DNA from: Eukaryota sp. TZLM1-RC
Taxonomy: Eukaryota > Protista > Metamonada: BaSk clade
Assembly (NCBI GenBank): GCA_040285825.1
Contig: JAUPSS010000008.1
Location: 992,001 to 1,056,000, forward strand
Reading direction: 5' to 3'
DNA: 64,000 nt
Both the position numbers and the translations under genes were made by a program. The notes beneath the pieces are model-generated. The model had not been told where the DNA came from. It searched no databases and saw only the letters and a program-made list of their open reading frames with translations. Below, in pieces: positions 55,004-64,000 of this stretch; the first letter of the stretch is position 1, and each line of letters starts with the position of its first letter.

Positions 55004-58000
55004 ATGGAATATGTTGTGATGCAAGACTCTGACGATTCCCTCGTCAATAGTGCTGATCTGGCAGCTGCTATCTTGGATATCAGCCATGTTAGCCCTATAA
55101 TATCACTTGTAGAAGGCGATGTCACTGATCGTGCTTGTTTGGTCTCATCTGCCTTTTTGGATTTATCAAATGGTTCAGCACTTCATGAACAACTTAAATC
55201 CATCTTCACATCCCATTCCTCGACTCTGATCCTATCTTTTCAGTCTCCCCTTTTTCTCACATCTTCCTTTCATCCCCCCTTCTCCCACACCACCTCTTTA
55301 AACGATCCGAATTCTATTCCTCTCATCTTGTCTATTATTCATTCTTTAGTGGCCACTCCTAACTATCTTCATGCAGTCATTCACACTGCCATCCAGTCAA
55401 ATCAGCTTTACTTTGAACTTCCCCTTGTTCATGTTTTTCCTGCACTCATGAAAGATTTGACGTGTTGTGATTTCATTTTTCTTTATTCCGTGTATAGAAT
55501 CATTAGAACTGATGCTGAAGGACTGTATTCAGACCAGTTCGTCTTTAATGATGAGTTGGATTCTTTATTTGATATTCAATTCGAGGATGCAAATACTCTA
55601 AATCATATTCTATTAAATGACCAATTCTTAAAGTTATTGGAGGGTGAAAATTACGAATTATATGGGTCAATCATGAGGTATTCAGTCTTGGTACTTCAAT
55701 TGTTATCACTGATATTCATTCAATCAAAAAACCAGTCAGATTTGATTAGTGATGATATTACTCAGCAACTTGGTTTGATTGCCCAACTCTCTGATTTTCC
55801 TTTTACAGTGTTATATGATGTTTTTAAGAATGATTTAATTAATTATTCAGCATTATTCAGTTGTCTATACTTTTGCGAATTAATCAAATTAATTGTTAAT
55901 TATTGTTCAGATTTGGATTTTGTTACTAATCGCTATAGTAATTCTATAATACAATTACCCTCTGATTTGAGTTCATTCGATTCAGTTGATAGATTGATAA
56001 GACTTTGTGCCTTATCTATCGCAGCACGAAACCAACATTTGGTTTCAAAATTAAGCAATTTGGTGCTTAAATCTTTATTTGGACTTGTTGAATTAAAAGA
56101 TGATTCAATGGGGGGAATTTCATTTAGTTTGAATTACCAATTTGAGCATAGAGTTTTTTTGCCAAATGAATTTGCAGAGTTTGAGTTCTTTAGGAAATTA
56201 CAATTTAGTTCTTCTATTTTCACTATTTCTCCTTTTTTTATTTACAAAAATAATGATTGCGAGGTTAAAAGCTTCCAGGCTTTTTTGACTTTATTATACA
56301 GTTTTTTGGATACACTATCTTCAAAAACTACCTTTTCATTGTTAATTCTCGAGGATAAAGTTGAACCAAATCTTTCAATACCTCAACAAATATTTTTTTA
56401 CGATATCTTAATCGAATCAATAGAAACAGAATTAATTCCGTTGATAAAAACAGTCAATATACAAAGTGAAGACACAAGTATTGAAGTTAGCAATGAAGTT
56501 GTATCACCACTCATTAGGAATTCTTCATTTGAATCCCTTTGTTCGGAGAGTTTAGGTCCTTCTTTGGTAGTTTCTTCAAGTCAAAGCTCCTTTGGTGATT
56601 GTAATGTGGGTTCTATGGAAGAAGTAGCTTTGGAGGATCAATCAAATCAAGAATCAGATGTAGAATCAAATGTACAATCAACTGTAGAATCAAATGTACA
56701 ATCAAGTGATCAATCAATAGATGAATCTGACAATCAATTGATTGACGGAATCACTCCCCAATCCAATCAATCTACCAATCAAATCGCCAATCAGAAACCA
56801 TCAATCAGACCTTCTGGTCAATTACTTAATCAAAATCAATTAGACTCTGAACAGTCAGTTCAATTTTTATTTTCTGAAGCCATCTTTTCATTATCCTTGG
56901 CAGCAAGCTTTCAAGACTTTGTTACTGTTCATGATCTATCTCTTCAACTCAACCAAATTAAACAGGATTTATTCAACCACCAATCAACTCAAACCATTCA
57001 AACAAAGCTAGAATCTCTTCTTTCTTCTGTTCCTCTTGAATACCAAAGTCATGTTCGGTTAAGTAGTCCTCAATCATTATGCGGAACTGAGTGCGTGCTT
57101 GGAGGAAAGGATAATATTGATGGAGAAGATTTCAATATGGCCAGAAAATGTATTGAAATTCAATATTTGAAATTTAAAAAAGGGAAAACCTCAAGTTCTA
57201 TTAATGATTACAGAAAACTAATTAAAATGATTGTATTGAGCTTCCAATCAATTATCCAATCCCCTTCGTTCACACGAGACCACACCCTCTTGTCAATTTC
57301 CTTCTCGCTTTTACAAGTGGCTTTTGAGTCAGAATATGGGGAATTACTTGTTGGGGAGACTATTTGTCAGACAAAGACCTCCTTGCTTGATTTATTATTC
57401 AATTTGGTTGATTTACCCTTACACTATCAACAATTAGAATGTTCTGAAATGTCTTCAAAATTAATTTGTTTTTTAGTATCAACAATTGTTCCAGGAAGAG
57501 CCCGATTTGAAGCAGTTCACCAAAAATTCTTTGAATCAGGACTATTATTTGATCGTTTATTAGTAGCAATCAAAGCAATCAATTCGTTATTGATTAAGAT
57601 TAATGATTGTCCCGAAGTTTCCGTTGATTTATCTAGTTTTCAACGGGAATTCTATGTCAAAAAACTCAATTCAATTAAAACGTTTCATTTACAAGCACTT
57701 AATCACTTGGTATCCTGTCCTTTTGGTCGATTGTTCTTGTCAAAAGTAGCATCAAATAAGCTTTTGCTATTGAATTTTAAATTGATTCCAGTAATTGGTC
57801 AATGTTTACAATTAATAGGCTTTGATCGAGATTTTTCCAATTTCAACTCTATTTGTACAGCTTTGGAAGCCCTTTCACACTGTATTTATTCAATGGGATC
57901 AGCAATTCATTTTGATAAAAATCTTCCAGCTTTGGACTATTCACTTGTTGATTTGTTTTACTTTGTTTTACTTTCTAGGAATGAACAATTGGTTAATTCA

Positions 58001-58339
58001 TGTTGCCTCGTTGCTGAAGCCCTTTGCTCAACAGGAGGTCCTTTTTTTGAAGTCATATATTTACTTATATTCAACATTCTCAATTCAGTTTGCACCAAGG
58101 TCTCCAACAGTACTCTTTCTCGCATTTGTTCTTCTGGAACTCATGCTGCAATCTACAGACAGCGTCTCGGGCAGCTAATGGAACCTTATTGTGCTAGTGA
58201 TGGTGCTTCTGAGTTTGAATACTTATCTAGGCTTGGAGAAGCAGGTCTTGATGAATCAAAGGACGAAATACTGAGCAAGGTGTTGATTGAGTTGAAAGGA
58301 ATGGGAATTTCAGCAGTAGATGGTTACAATACTTTTTAG
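55004..58339 (+). CDS. Large hypothetical helical-repeat protein with a Q/S/N-rich insert
   Basis: 1111-aa ATG ORF; no family recognised. Confidence 0.7.
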   Translation: MEYVVMQDSDDSLVNSADLAAAILDISHVSPIISLVEGDVTDRACLVSSAFLDLSNGSALHEQLKSIFTSHSSTLILSFQSPLFLTSSFHPPFSHTTSLNDPNSIPLILSIIHSLVATPNYLHAVIHTAIQSNQLYFELPLVHVFPALMKDLTCCDFIFLYSVYRIIRTDAEGLYSDQFVFNDELDSLFDIQFEDANTLNHILLNDQFLKLLEGENYELYGSIMRYSVLVLQLLSLIFIQSKNQSDLISDDITQQLGLIAQLSDFPFTVLYDVFKNDLINYSALFSCLYFCELIKLIVNYCSDLDFVTNRYSNSIIQLPSDLSSFDSVDRLIRLCALSIAARNQHLVSKLSNLVLKSLFGLVELKDDSMGGISFSLNYQFEHRVFLPNEFAEFEFFRKLQFSSSIFTISPFFIYKNNDCEVKSFQAFLTLLYSFLDTLSSKTTFSLLILEDKVEPNLSIPQQIFFYDILIESIETELIPLIKTVNIQSEDTSIEVSNEVVSPLIRNSSFESLCSESLGPSLVVSSSQSSFGDCNVGSMEEVALEDQSNQESDVESNVQSTVESNVQSSDQSIDESDNQLIDGITPQSNQSTNQIANQKPSIRPSGQLLNQNQLDSEQSVQFLFSEAIFSLSLAASFQDFVTVHDLSLQLNQIKQDLFNHQSTQTIQTKLESLLSSVPLEYQSHVRLSSPQSLCGTECVLGGKDNIDGEDFNMARKCIEIQYLKFKKGKTSSSINDYRKLIKMIVLSFQSIIQSPSFTRDHTLLSISFSLLQVAFESEYGELLVGETICQTKTSLLDLLFNLVDLPLHYQQLECSEMSSKLICFLVSTIVPGRARFEAVHQKFFESGLLFDRLLVAIKAINSLLIKINDCPEVSVDLSSFQREFYVKKLNSIKTFHLQALNHLVSCPFGRLFLSKVASNKLLLLNFKLIPVIGQCLQLIGFDRDFSNFNSICTALEALSHCIYSMGSAIHFDKNLPALDYSLVDLFYFVLLSRNEQLVNSCCLVAEALCSTGGPFFEVIYLLIFNILNSVCTKVSNSTLSRICSSGTHAAIYRQRLGQLMEPYCASDGASEFEYLSRLGEAGLDESKDEILSKVLIELKGMGISAVDGYNTF

Positions 58340-58437
58340 TTTGAGTTTTTAAGAATTAGATTAGTTTTTAAACTTTTTAATAATTCAAATTGATATTTTC
58401 ATTTTAGATTAAGTTTTTGTACATAAATGTTATTTAA

Positions 58438-59271
58438 TTATTTTCTTTTTAATTCATATAAAACCACCAATTCTTCATCAACTCTATTACAATCACCAGA
58501 CGAAAATACTTCATCCATGTACATCTTACTCTTTCCTGTCAGCTCAATTGTTTTAATTATCCAATCCTCACTTGCTTTGTCAATAAAGTTTTTGGCAGTG
58601 TCAACTCTGTTGGGGGCCGCAATAAGGACGGTACCAGAAGAAGAAAGATTGGAAGAAAAAGTTTGGAGTAAATTAGAATGGTAATCACCAAAGAAAAGCA
58701 CGTCACTGCCTACAATCAAATCAAAAAGACCTATACTATCCAACCCCCAACAATGTTCTTTAACCTCAATAGGGATGGTTATCTTAGATTTGTTGAGTTG
58801 CAAGGAACGCTGAATGAGACTAATTGAAGTAGGGTTGGCATCAGTACAACAAAGACGTCCAGGAACCTCGTGTTGGGGCAGGGTAGCCAAACCAATGGAA
58901 CACAAACCAATGCCTGCACCTACTTCCAAGATGGAAAGATCACGTAGGTCAAGTGAATAGAGATGATGTAACAATACTTCCGCACTAGGATAGAATGAGG
59001 AAACCCCTGTGCTATCAAAGTGCTGTGAAATACGTTGTTGAAATTCATCTCGTGTTATAGAAGTTTGTGTCAAAAGAGAGATTTCACAGTGAGGTAACTC
59101 AACATGTACCTGCAGTTCGTCCCTTCGTGAAGGAAAGATCTGCAGCGGTCGAACTTCTGGTAGTTTAACTGATTTGTATCGAATCAGATTCTTGAGTTTT
59201 TCCCATTTGGAAGGAACACTTGTGTTGGTTGCTTTATCAGAACAGTTGGGTGTTGCTTTCGAAGGATTCAT
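58438..59271 (-). CDS. CAMKMT: Calmodulin-lysine N-methyltransferase-like (Methyltransf_16)
   Basis: FDSTG...YPSAEVL, ILEVGAGIGL, TDAN, FDLIVGSDVLFF and APNR motifs. Confidence 0.8.
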   Translation of the reverse strand: MNPSKATPNCSDKATNTSVPSKWEKLKNLIRYKSVKLPEVRPLQIFPSRRDELQVHVELPHCEISLLTQTSITRDEFQQRISQHFDSTGVSSFYPSAEVLLHHLYSLDLRDLSILEVGAGIGLCSIGLATLPQHEVPGRLCCTDANPTSISLIQRSLQLNKSKITIPIEVKEHCWGLDSIGLFDLIVGSDVLFFGDYHSNLLQTFSSNLSSSGTVLIAAPNRVDTAKNFIDKASEDWIIKTIELTGKSKMYMDEVFSSGDCNRVDEELVVLYELKRK

Positions 59272-59423
59272 GTATCTGTGAACCCAGAATTATTTTAAAT
59301 GTTTAAAAAATTCTTACCTAACCATTCACTGTGCAGCAACATATGAAATGAAATAAACGTTGAATTCAAGGGAGGAATTGTTTAAACGAAGATTTCTTTT
59401 CAAAATGTGTTCTCCAAAATGTG

Positions 59424-60650
59424 TAATGTAATAACACCAGCGACTTGAACTCAGAAACACTATATGAAGATATCGAATTTGTTTATTGTCTTTTTTGGAC
59501 CATTGTTTGGAAGTCGCCTATGAGATTTTGTGATTTATAGAAAATTTGAAAGCTATATATACCAACATTCTCCTTTAAAATCGTTTTTTTCAATAATATT
59601 ATCAAAACATTTCATCTGATTTGAAATCCTTTGAAACTAATACATTTAACTCCCTTCTTCGTAACCAAGTGTCATTTACAACAGCACAAAAGTTTATTGC
59701 TTGTTTATTAATACTTATTTGTACTAACCTTGATACTAAGAAGTTCATGAAATTGTTGGTGATATTCAGTCAATAACCATTTGGAAGGAAATGCACTTGA
59801 TTTCAGCCATTATTCAATATTCTTTATATTTGAATAAATTAATCATCTACCACATAGATTGATATTTAACTAATGTTGCACTTAAACTCCTACTCAACTT
59901 ATAACGCTGTCGCTGTAGAATGCTTGAATTATGAATTTTCACTCTTCTTGATGACGAAGTTCAGCATTGACAAGCTGCCCGATTAATCAAATTTTGCTAA
60001 AGGTATTCAGTATGTAATCAATACTTTTTTAAAAGCGACCTTTGATAACTGTAGATCACAAAGATTTTGACCATCAGTTAAGTAATATTTCACATTGAAT
60101 TCGAATATTGATTTGACAATGGAACGAACGGTCGATGAACAAATGCAATTGATAAGATTGAGTACATCCAAATCAACATCGAGAGATCATCAGCTTGACA
60201 TGATTCAATCAATTCAGAAACAATAAAAGTAAATAACAAATGCATAATTTAACACTAAATATTTTATTCTTGGCTCCCCAACATTAGGGAAAATAACCAT
60301 ATTACCAATATTGATGAATTGGATTTGAAAATTGTACTTTGAGCTCAATTGTTTATTATTTATTTGTGGTTATAAAATAACTTCAATTGATGGGTTTGAG
60401 CCAGTAATTGTTGTTTCAATTGTAGGAAAACTAAAAACAAAATTACAAGATTGCAATGGTACACACACTGAATACCATTCAAGAGGCATGAGATGTCTAT
60501 TCGATTTTGTGTAAATCATGCGAAGTTTTGTCGAATTGATATTGAAAACCTTCATTAAATATGTTGACATTAAAGAAATCACATGTAAATTATGAAGATA
60601 GACCGGTAAACTTGCAGAGAGCCAAAGTGGATGACGGTTCAAGAAGGAAG
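59424..60650 (-). repeat. Second copy of the unclassified ~1.2-kb dispersed repeat
   Basis: Colinear with 24442-25600. Confidence 0.8.
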
Positions 60651-61399
60651 TTATCACGGAAAAACTGGTTTATTTGAAAAATCTGTTATTCCGGAAAATT
60701 CTATTTCAAGATTTACTTCGCATTCGATATATCTTAATTTTTGCAGATCTTCAAGCAAGTTTTGTGTCAAATTCTTTTCTTCTTTGTTAGGAGTCAATGA
60801 ATCTACAAACAAAGTGATAAGCATTTGCTGATTTAGGTGGAATTGGCAAAATCGATATTTTGTCACAAAACTTTTGAGTTTTAAGCAGCATTTTTGTCAG
60901 AGGATTCCCAATAATTTTCACTACCACCAGATTTAGACAATTTGTTTAGATACAGGATTCACCAAAACTAAACATTCCGCTTTTGGAAATTGTTTAAAAG
61001 ATAATCGTAATGTTTCTACAACTTTAGTTACCCAAATGCAAACTATTATGAACTATTTTCAAATACATTGAATGGCTATTAAACAGCCAAATGCTTTTAT
61101 TGGTCTTTGAGACAAAACAATTCGTCCAATCATTAATCTTGTAAATGTGAAAACCTCTTCTGCTTACTCATGTTTTGTAGTTTGACACAACGTGGATAGT
61201 ATTCGTTACAAAAGACGTTGTGTGGGTCTAACAAAAAGAGGATTTGGTTGTTCTTGGTGTAAATTGGAAGGTTCACAATTTTAGATGCTATGTCTATTCC
61301 CCATTGCAATTCTTCTAATATGCCTTGAATTCATTCTGATTTCAATAATTTCTCTTCTTGCTTGAAAAATCACAAGATTGTTAATTACGTGAAACCTAT

Positions 61400-61735
61400 T
61401 ACTTCTGATTGAAGATCCATATGTCCATTACAATCTCTGTTCCGCTGTTTTGTCTCTACTCGGTCTTTTGAGTGAGGCTACCGTGGCCTTCCTTAGAGAT
61501 TTCATCTAAGATGTATGAGGCACTGGAAAATTTTTTTAATGATGGTAAGTAACAAAATGAATTTGTGTCATCAACTTGGAAGGGTGTGGTGAAATCAATT
61601 TCCGATTCACTATCTTCATTAGGTTGATTTTCCAACTGATTAATAATTTTCAGTTTTCATGTGTGAGAGGCAGGTTTTGAAGATGCGGAGCTGCATTATG
61701 TGTATTTGAAATTGCTATTCATGCTTTAATAAAAG
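61400..61735 (+). mobile_element. RLE retrotransposon 3' fragment
   Basis: YNLCSAVLSLLGLLSEATVAFLRDF...WKGVVKSI; the 3' UTR is shared with about 47165-47210; AATAAA at the end. Confidence 0.55.
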
Positions 61736-61837
61736 TTTCCAAAATTAAAACAAAGAAAATATTTCACTTCTAAAACTCAATCCCACTTCATTACTGTAAA
61801 AAGGACACTTATTTCATTGTTATAGACAACTGTCAGA

Positions 61838-64000
61838 ATGAGCACTCTTCATGTTCCTATAGCAGATACCTCTGAAGCTGTCTCTCTTTCCTTTTCTGAC
61901 CTTCCACCTCACTCTGACGTCCTCGATGTTCTGAAAGGTGAACTTTCCCCACTTTCTCTCTTTCAACTTACTGCTCTTCAGTATCTTTATGCTGGGAAAA
62001 TCAATGAATTTTCTGACATTCTTAATGTAGCGTCCTCCGCAGATTTTGAAACCTTACACTACACAGACCCAAAGGTGTTCCAACAAGAACGCGTGTCAGT
62101 GCTTATCTCACTTGCTTCTCTTGACCTCACGAGACTTCTGGCTTCTTCCTCTGACGATGCACGTGCTTTTTTTGACCGTTCTTGTTCTGCTCACCTATCC
62201 ACTGCCGAAAGCGAAGACCCTGAATCACTGTTAATGCGTCTATGCCAGGCAGTCTTCTTTTACGCCAAAGGAGACATTGCTAAGGCCAGAACTCATCTCC
62301 ACATCATTGAACAGACCGAGCCACACGACATTGAACCTGTTTACCATTATGTCAGTGCTTTAACCGACCTTGTTGATCACAAGTATAAGGAAGGTTTAGT
62401 AAGTCTTCGCAAAGCCTTGGTTAGTTGTCTTGAAGGTAAGTCAGGAGGTTGTTTGATTCTTCCCTTTGTATATGTCTTGTTATCTCTCTGTTTTGGGGTA
62501 TTGGGTGACTTTAACAAGGCACGGCTTTCCCTGCAGAAGTCAAAGGAAGTCTTTTTATCACGTGAAGAGGATCTTCCCTCTATTTACCATTTAGTTTACT
62601 TTTACACTGATTTTCTTTCACACAAAAAGATGCCATCACGAGAGGGGTTTGATTCACTATCCGCTGCTCTCGATTTAGGCAGTCCTTCGGCCAGAATCTT
62701 CGCAGCCAACTGCTTTATCCAACAACAACGACTCCAAGATGCTTCAAAATTAGTAAGAAGCGAAGGTCGCGTTGTCATTGATTTTAACAAGGCTGAACTA
62801 CTTTACCTCCAAGGCATTGTGCACCAGATGGTTGGGCAGTTCTCCGATGCAGCAAAATGCTTTGATCAGGTCATGGCCATCTACGCAAAGCACAAGCAAG
62901 AACACTTTGGCGCGATGTACGCTTTTGGACAGGTGACACTGACCCTCAAGTCGAGTGATTCGTTGTTTCCAACAGCAAAAAAGACAGTAGAAACTCTATG
63001 TGAAAGGATGCCAACTTCTATATCTGTTACTAGACTACTGGCTCATTGGCATCGAAGGACTAACAGCTATAACAAAGCAGTGGACTTGGCCAGGAAACTC
63101 ACAAGAGATGATCCTAGTAATGCTGATAATTGGGCATTGCTTGGCGAGGTTTCTTGTCATGTTAAAGATTTCGTCGCTGCCTTGGAGGCCTACGAAAAGA
63201 CTTTAGGTTTACTGAAGTATTTACAACGAGAAGTTCCTTACCAATTATATTATTCATTAGGGGTATTGCAACTCTACCTCTGTCATAATCTGGATTCAAC
63301 TGCAAGGTTTCTGTCGATGGCTAATGACTTGGTTCACTCAAAGATAAAGGATATCAACAAGCCTGGTGATGTTTATGTTCACCATTGGTTACATTGTCAG
63401 TACGCACTAGGGGTCGTGTTTGAAAGGAAGTGTGATAAGGAAAATGCCATATTACAGTTCAAAAAGGTATTAAGTCACGCACCAGACTACATTTCTTGTT
63501 ATATTAAATTGTGTTTCCTGTCTAATTCAAAGGCCACTCATTATGGATTACGGTGGCTAAAGTTGGGTATTTACGCAAACCCAAACTCTTCTGATCTGAT
63601 GAATGAAATTGGGAACTTTTACCACCGAAATGGGGATGTTCAGACAGCTTATGAGACCTTTAAGTCGGTCATAGAACATCGTCAGTTTGATTCGTATGCT
63701 CAATTGTCTAAGGCCAACATTAGAATTGCAACCATTCATGGAAGAGATTCCACATTTATTCAAACTGCTCTTTTTTCAGCTTTGGAAGAATACAAGAAAG
63801 TAATTGGGTGGAGGAAATTTAATCTTTTTGCAGTCGTAGGCTTGGCTTGTATATTGGGTTATCTTGGTGAGTATAACTCTTGCATTTCCCTCCTTTCCCA
63901 CGTCCGGGAAGCTCAGCCAGTCATTATCGACAATCACTTTCCGTTTTGGGTGCTGTTGGGTCATGCCTCAGTTCAAAACAAAGATATTAGGGGAGGCTTG
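61838..64000 (+). CDS. CTR9: CTR9 (PAF1 complex TPR subunit), 3'-partial
   Basis: MSTLHVPIADTSEAVSLSFSDLP...LKGE...ALQYL N-terminus; NLFAVVGLACIL...VRE...FWVLLGHA TPR region. The frame was spot-checked at both ends and runs off the window, so it is missing from the ORF track. Confidence 0.88.
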   Translation, partial: MSTLHVPIADTSEAVSLSFSDLPPHSDVLDVLKGELSPLSLFQLTALQYLYAGKINEFSDILNVASSADFETLHYTDPKVFQQERVSVLISLASLDLTRLLASSSDDARAFFDRSCSAHLSTAESEDPESLLMRLCQAVFFYAKGDIAKARTHLHIIEQTEPHDIEPVYHYVSALTDLVDHKYKEGLVSLRKALVSCLEGKSGGCLILPFVYVLLSLCFGVLGDFNKARLSLQKSKEVFLSREEDLPSIYHLVYFYTDFLSHKKMPSREGFDSLSAALDLGSPSARIFAANCFIQQQRLQDASKLVRSEGRVVIDFNKAELLYLQGIVHQMVGQFSDAAKCFDQVMAIYAKHKQEHFGAMYAFGQVTLTLKSSDSLFPTAKKTVETLCERMPTSISVTRLLAHWHRRTNSYNKAVDLARKLTRDDPSNADNWALLGEVSCHVKDFVAALEAYEKTLGLLKYLQREVPYQLYYSLGVLQLYLCHNLDSTARFLSMANDLVHSKIKDINKPGDVYVHHWLHCQYALGVVFERKCDKENAILQFKKVLSHAPDYISCYIKLCFLSNSKATHYGLRWLKLGIYANPNSSDLMNEIGNFYHRNGDVQTAYETFKSVIEHRQFDSYAQLSKANIRIATIHGRDSTFIQTALFSALEEYKKVIGWRKFNLFAVVGLACILGYLGEYNSCISLLSHVREAQPVIIDNHFPFWVLLGHASVQNKDIRGGL

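Noticed and set aside
60650-61400. Minus-strand decayed coding-like sequence
   Set aside because: Many stops and no recognisable family.

Overview
This is AT-rich, gene-dense eukaryotic (protist) nuclear DNA in the standard genetic code. Genes are almost all single-exon. Four tiny (28-32 nt) GT-AG introns can be reconstructed, and TTAGGG-type repeats occur inside genes. The intron architecture is reminiscent of metamonads (inference only). Host genes include MTA/SAH nucleosidase, SGF29-like, CHD1-like remodeler, PARP, GtrA-like, BCAS3/ATG18-like, importin-5, a probable MEI1/PRD1 homolog, V-ATPase B, a PH+RUN protein, a GT49 glycosyltransferase, ribokinase, VPS33, a UvrD helicase, DUF4602/Faf1-like, CAMKMT and CTR9 (runs off the window and is absent from the ORF track). 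Between gene clusters lie islands of decayed mobile DNA. (1) Three Fanzor (TnpB-derived RNA-guided nuclease) relics from at least two families, each just upstream of a same-strand host gene; two have hairpin-forming 3' flanks that are omega-RNA candidates. (2) About ten truncated or decayed pieces of RLE-type (CRE/R2-like) non-LTR retrotransposons. (3) An internally deleted MULE, forming a three-level nest with a readable target-site duplication at every level. (4) A hAT-like end, a gag-like remnant and an unclassified dispersed repeat family. No tRNA, rRNA or CRISPR array was found by eye.
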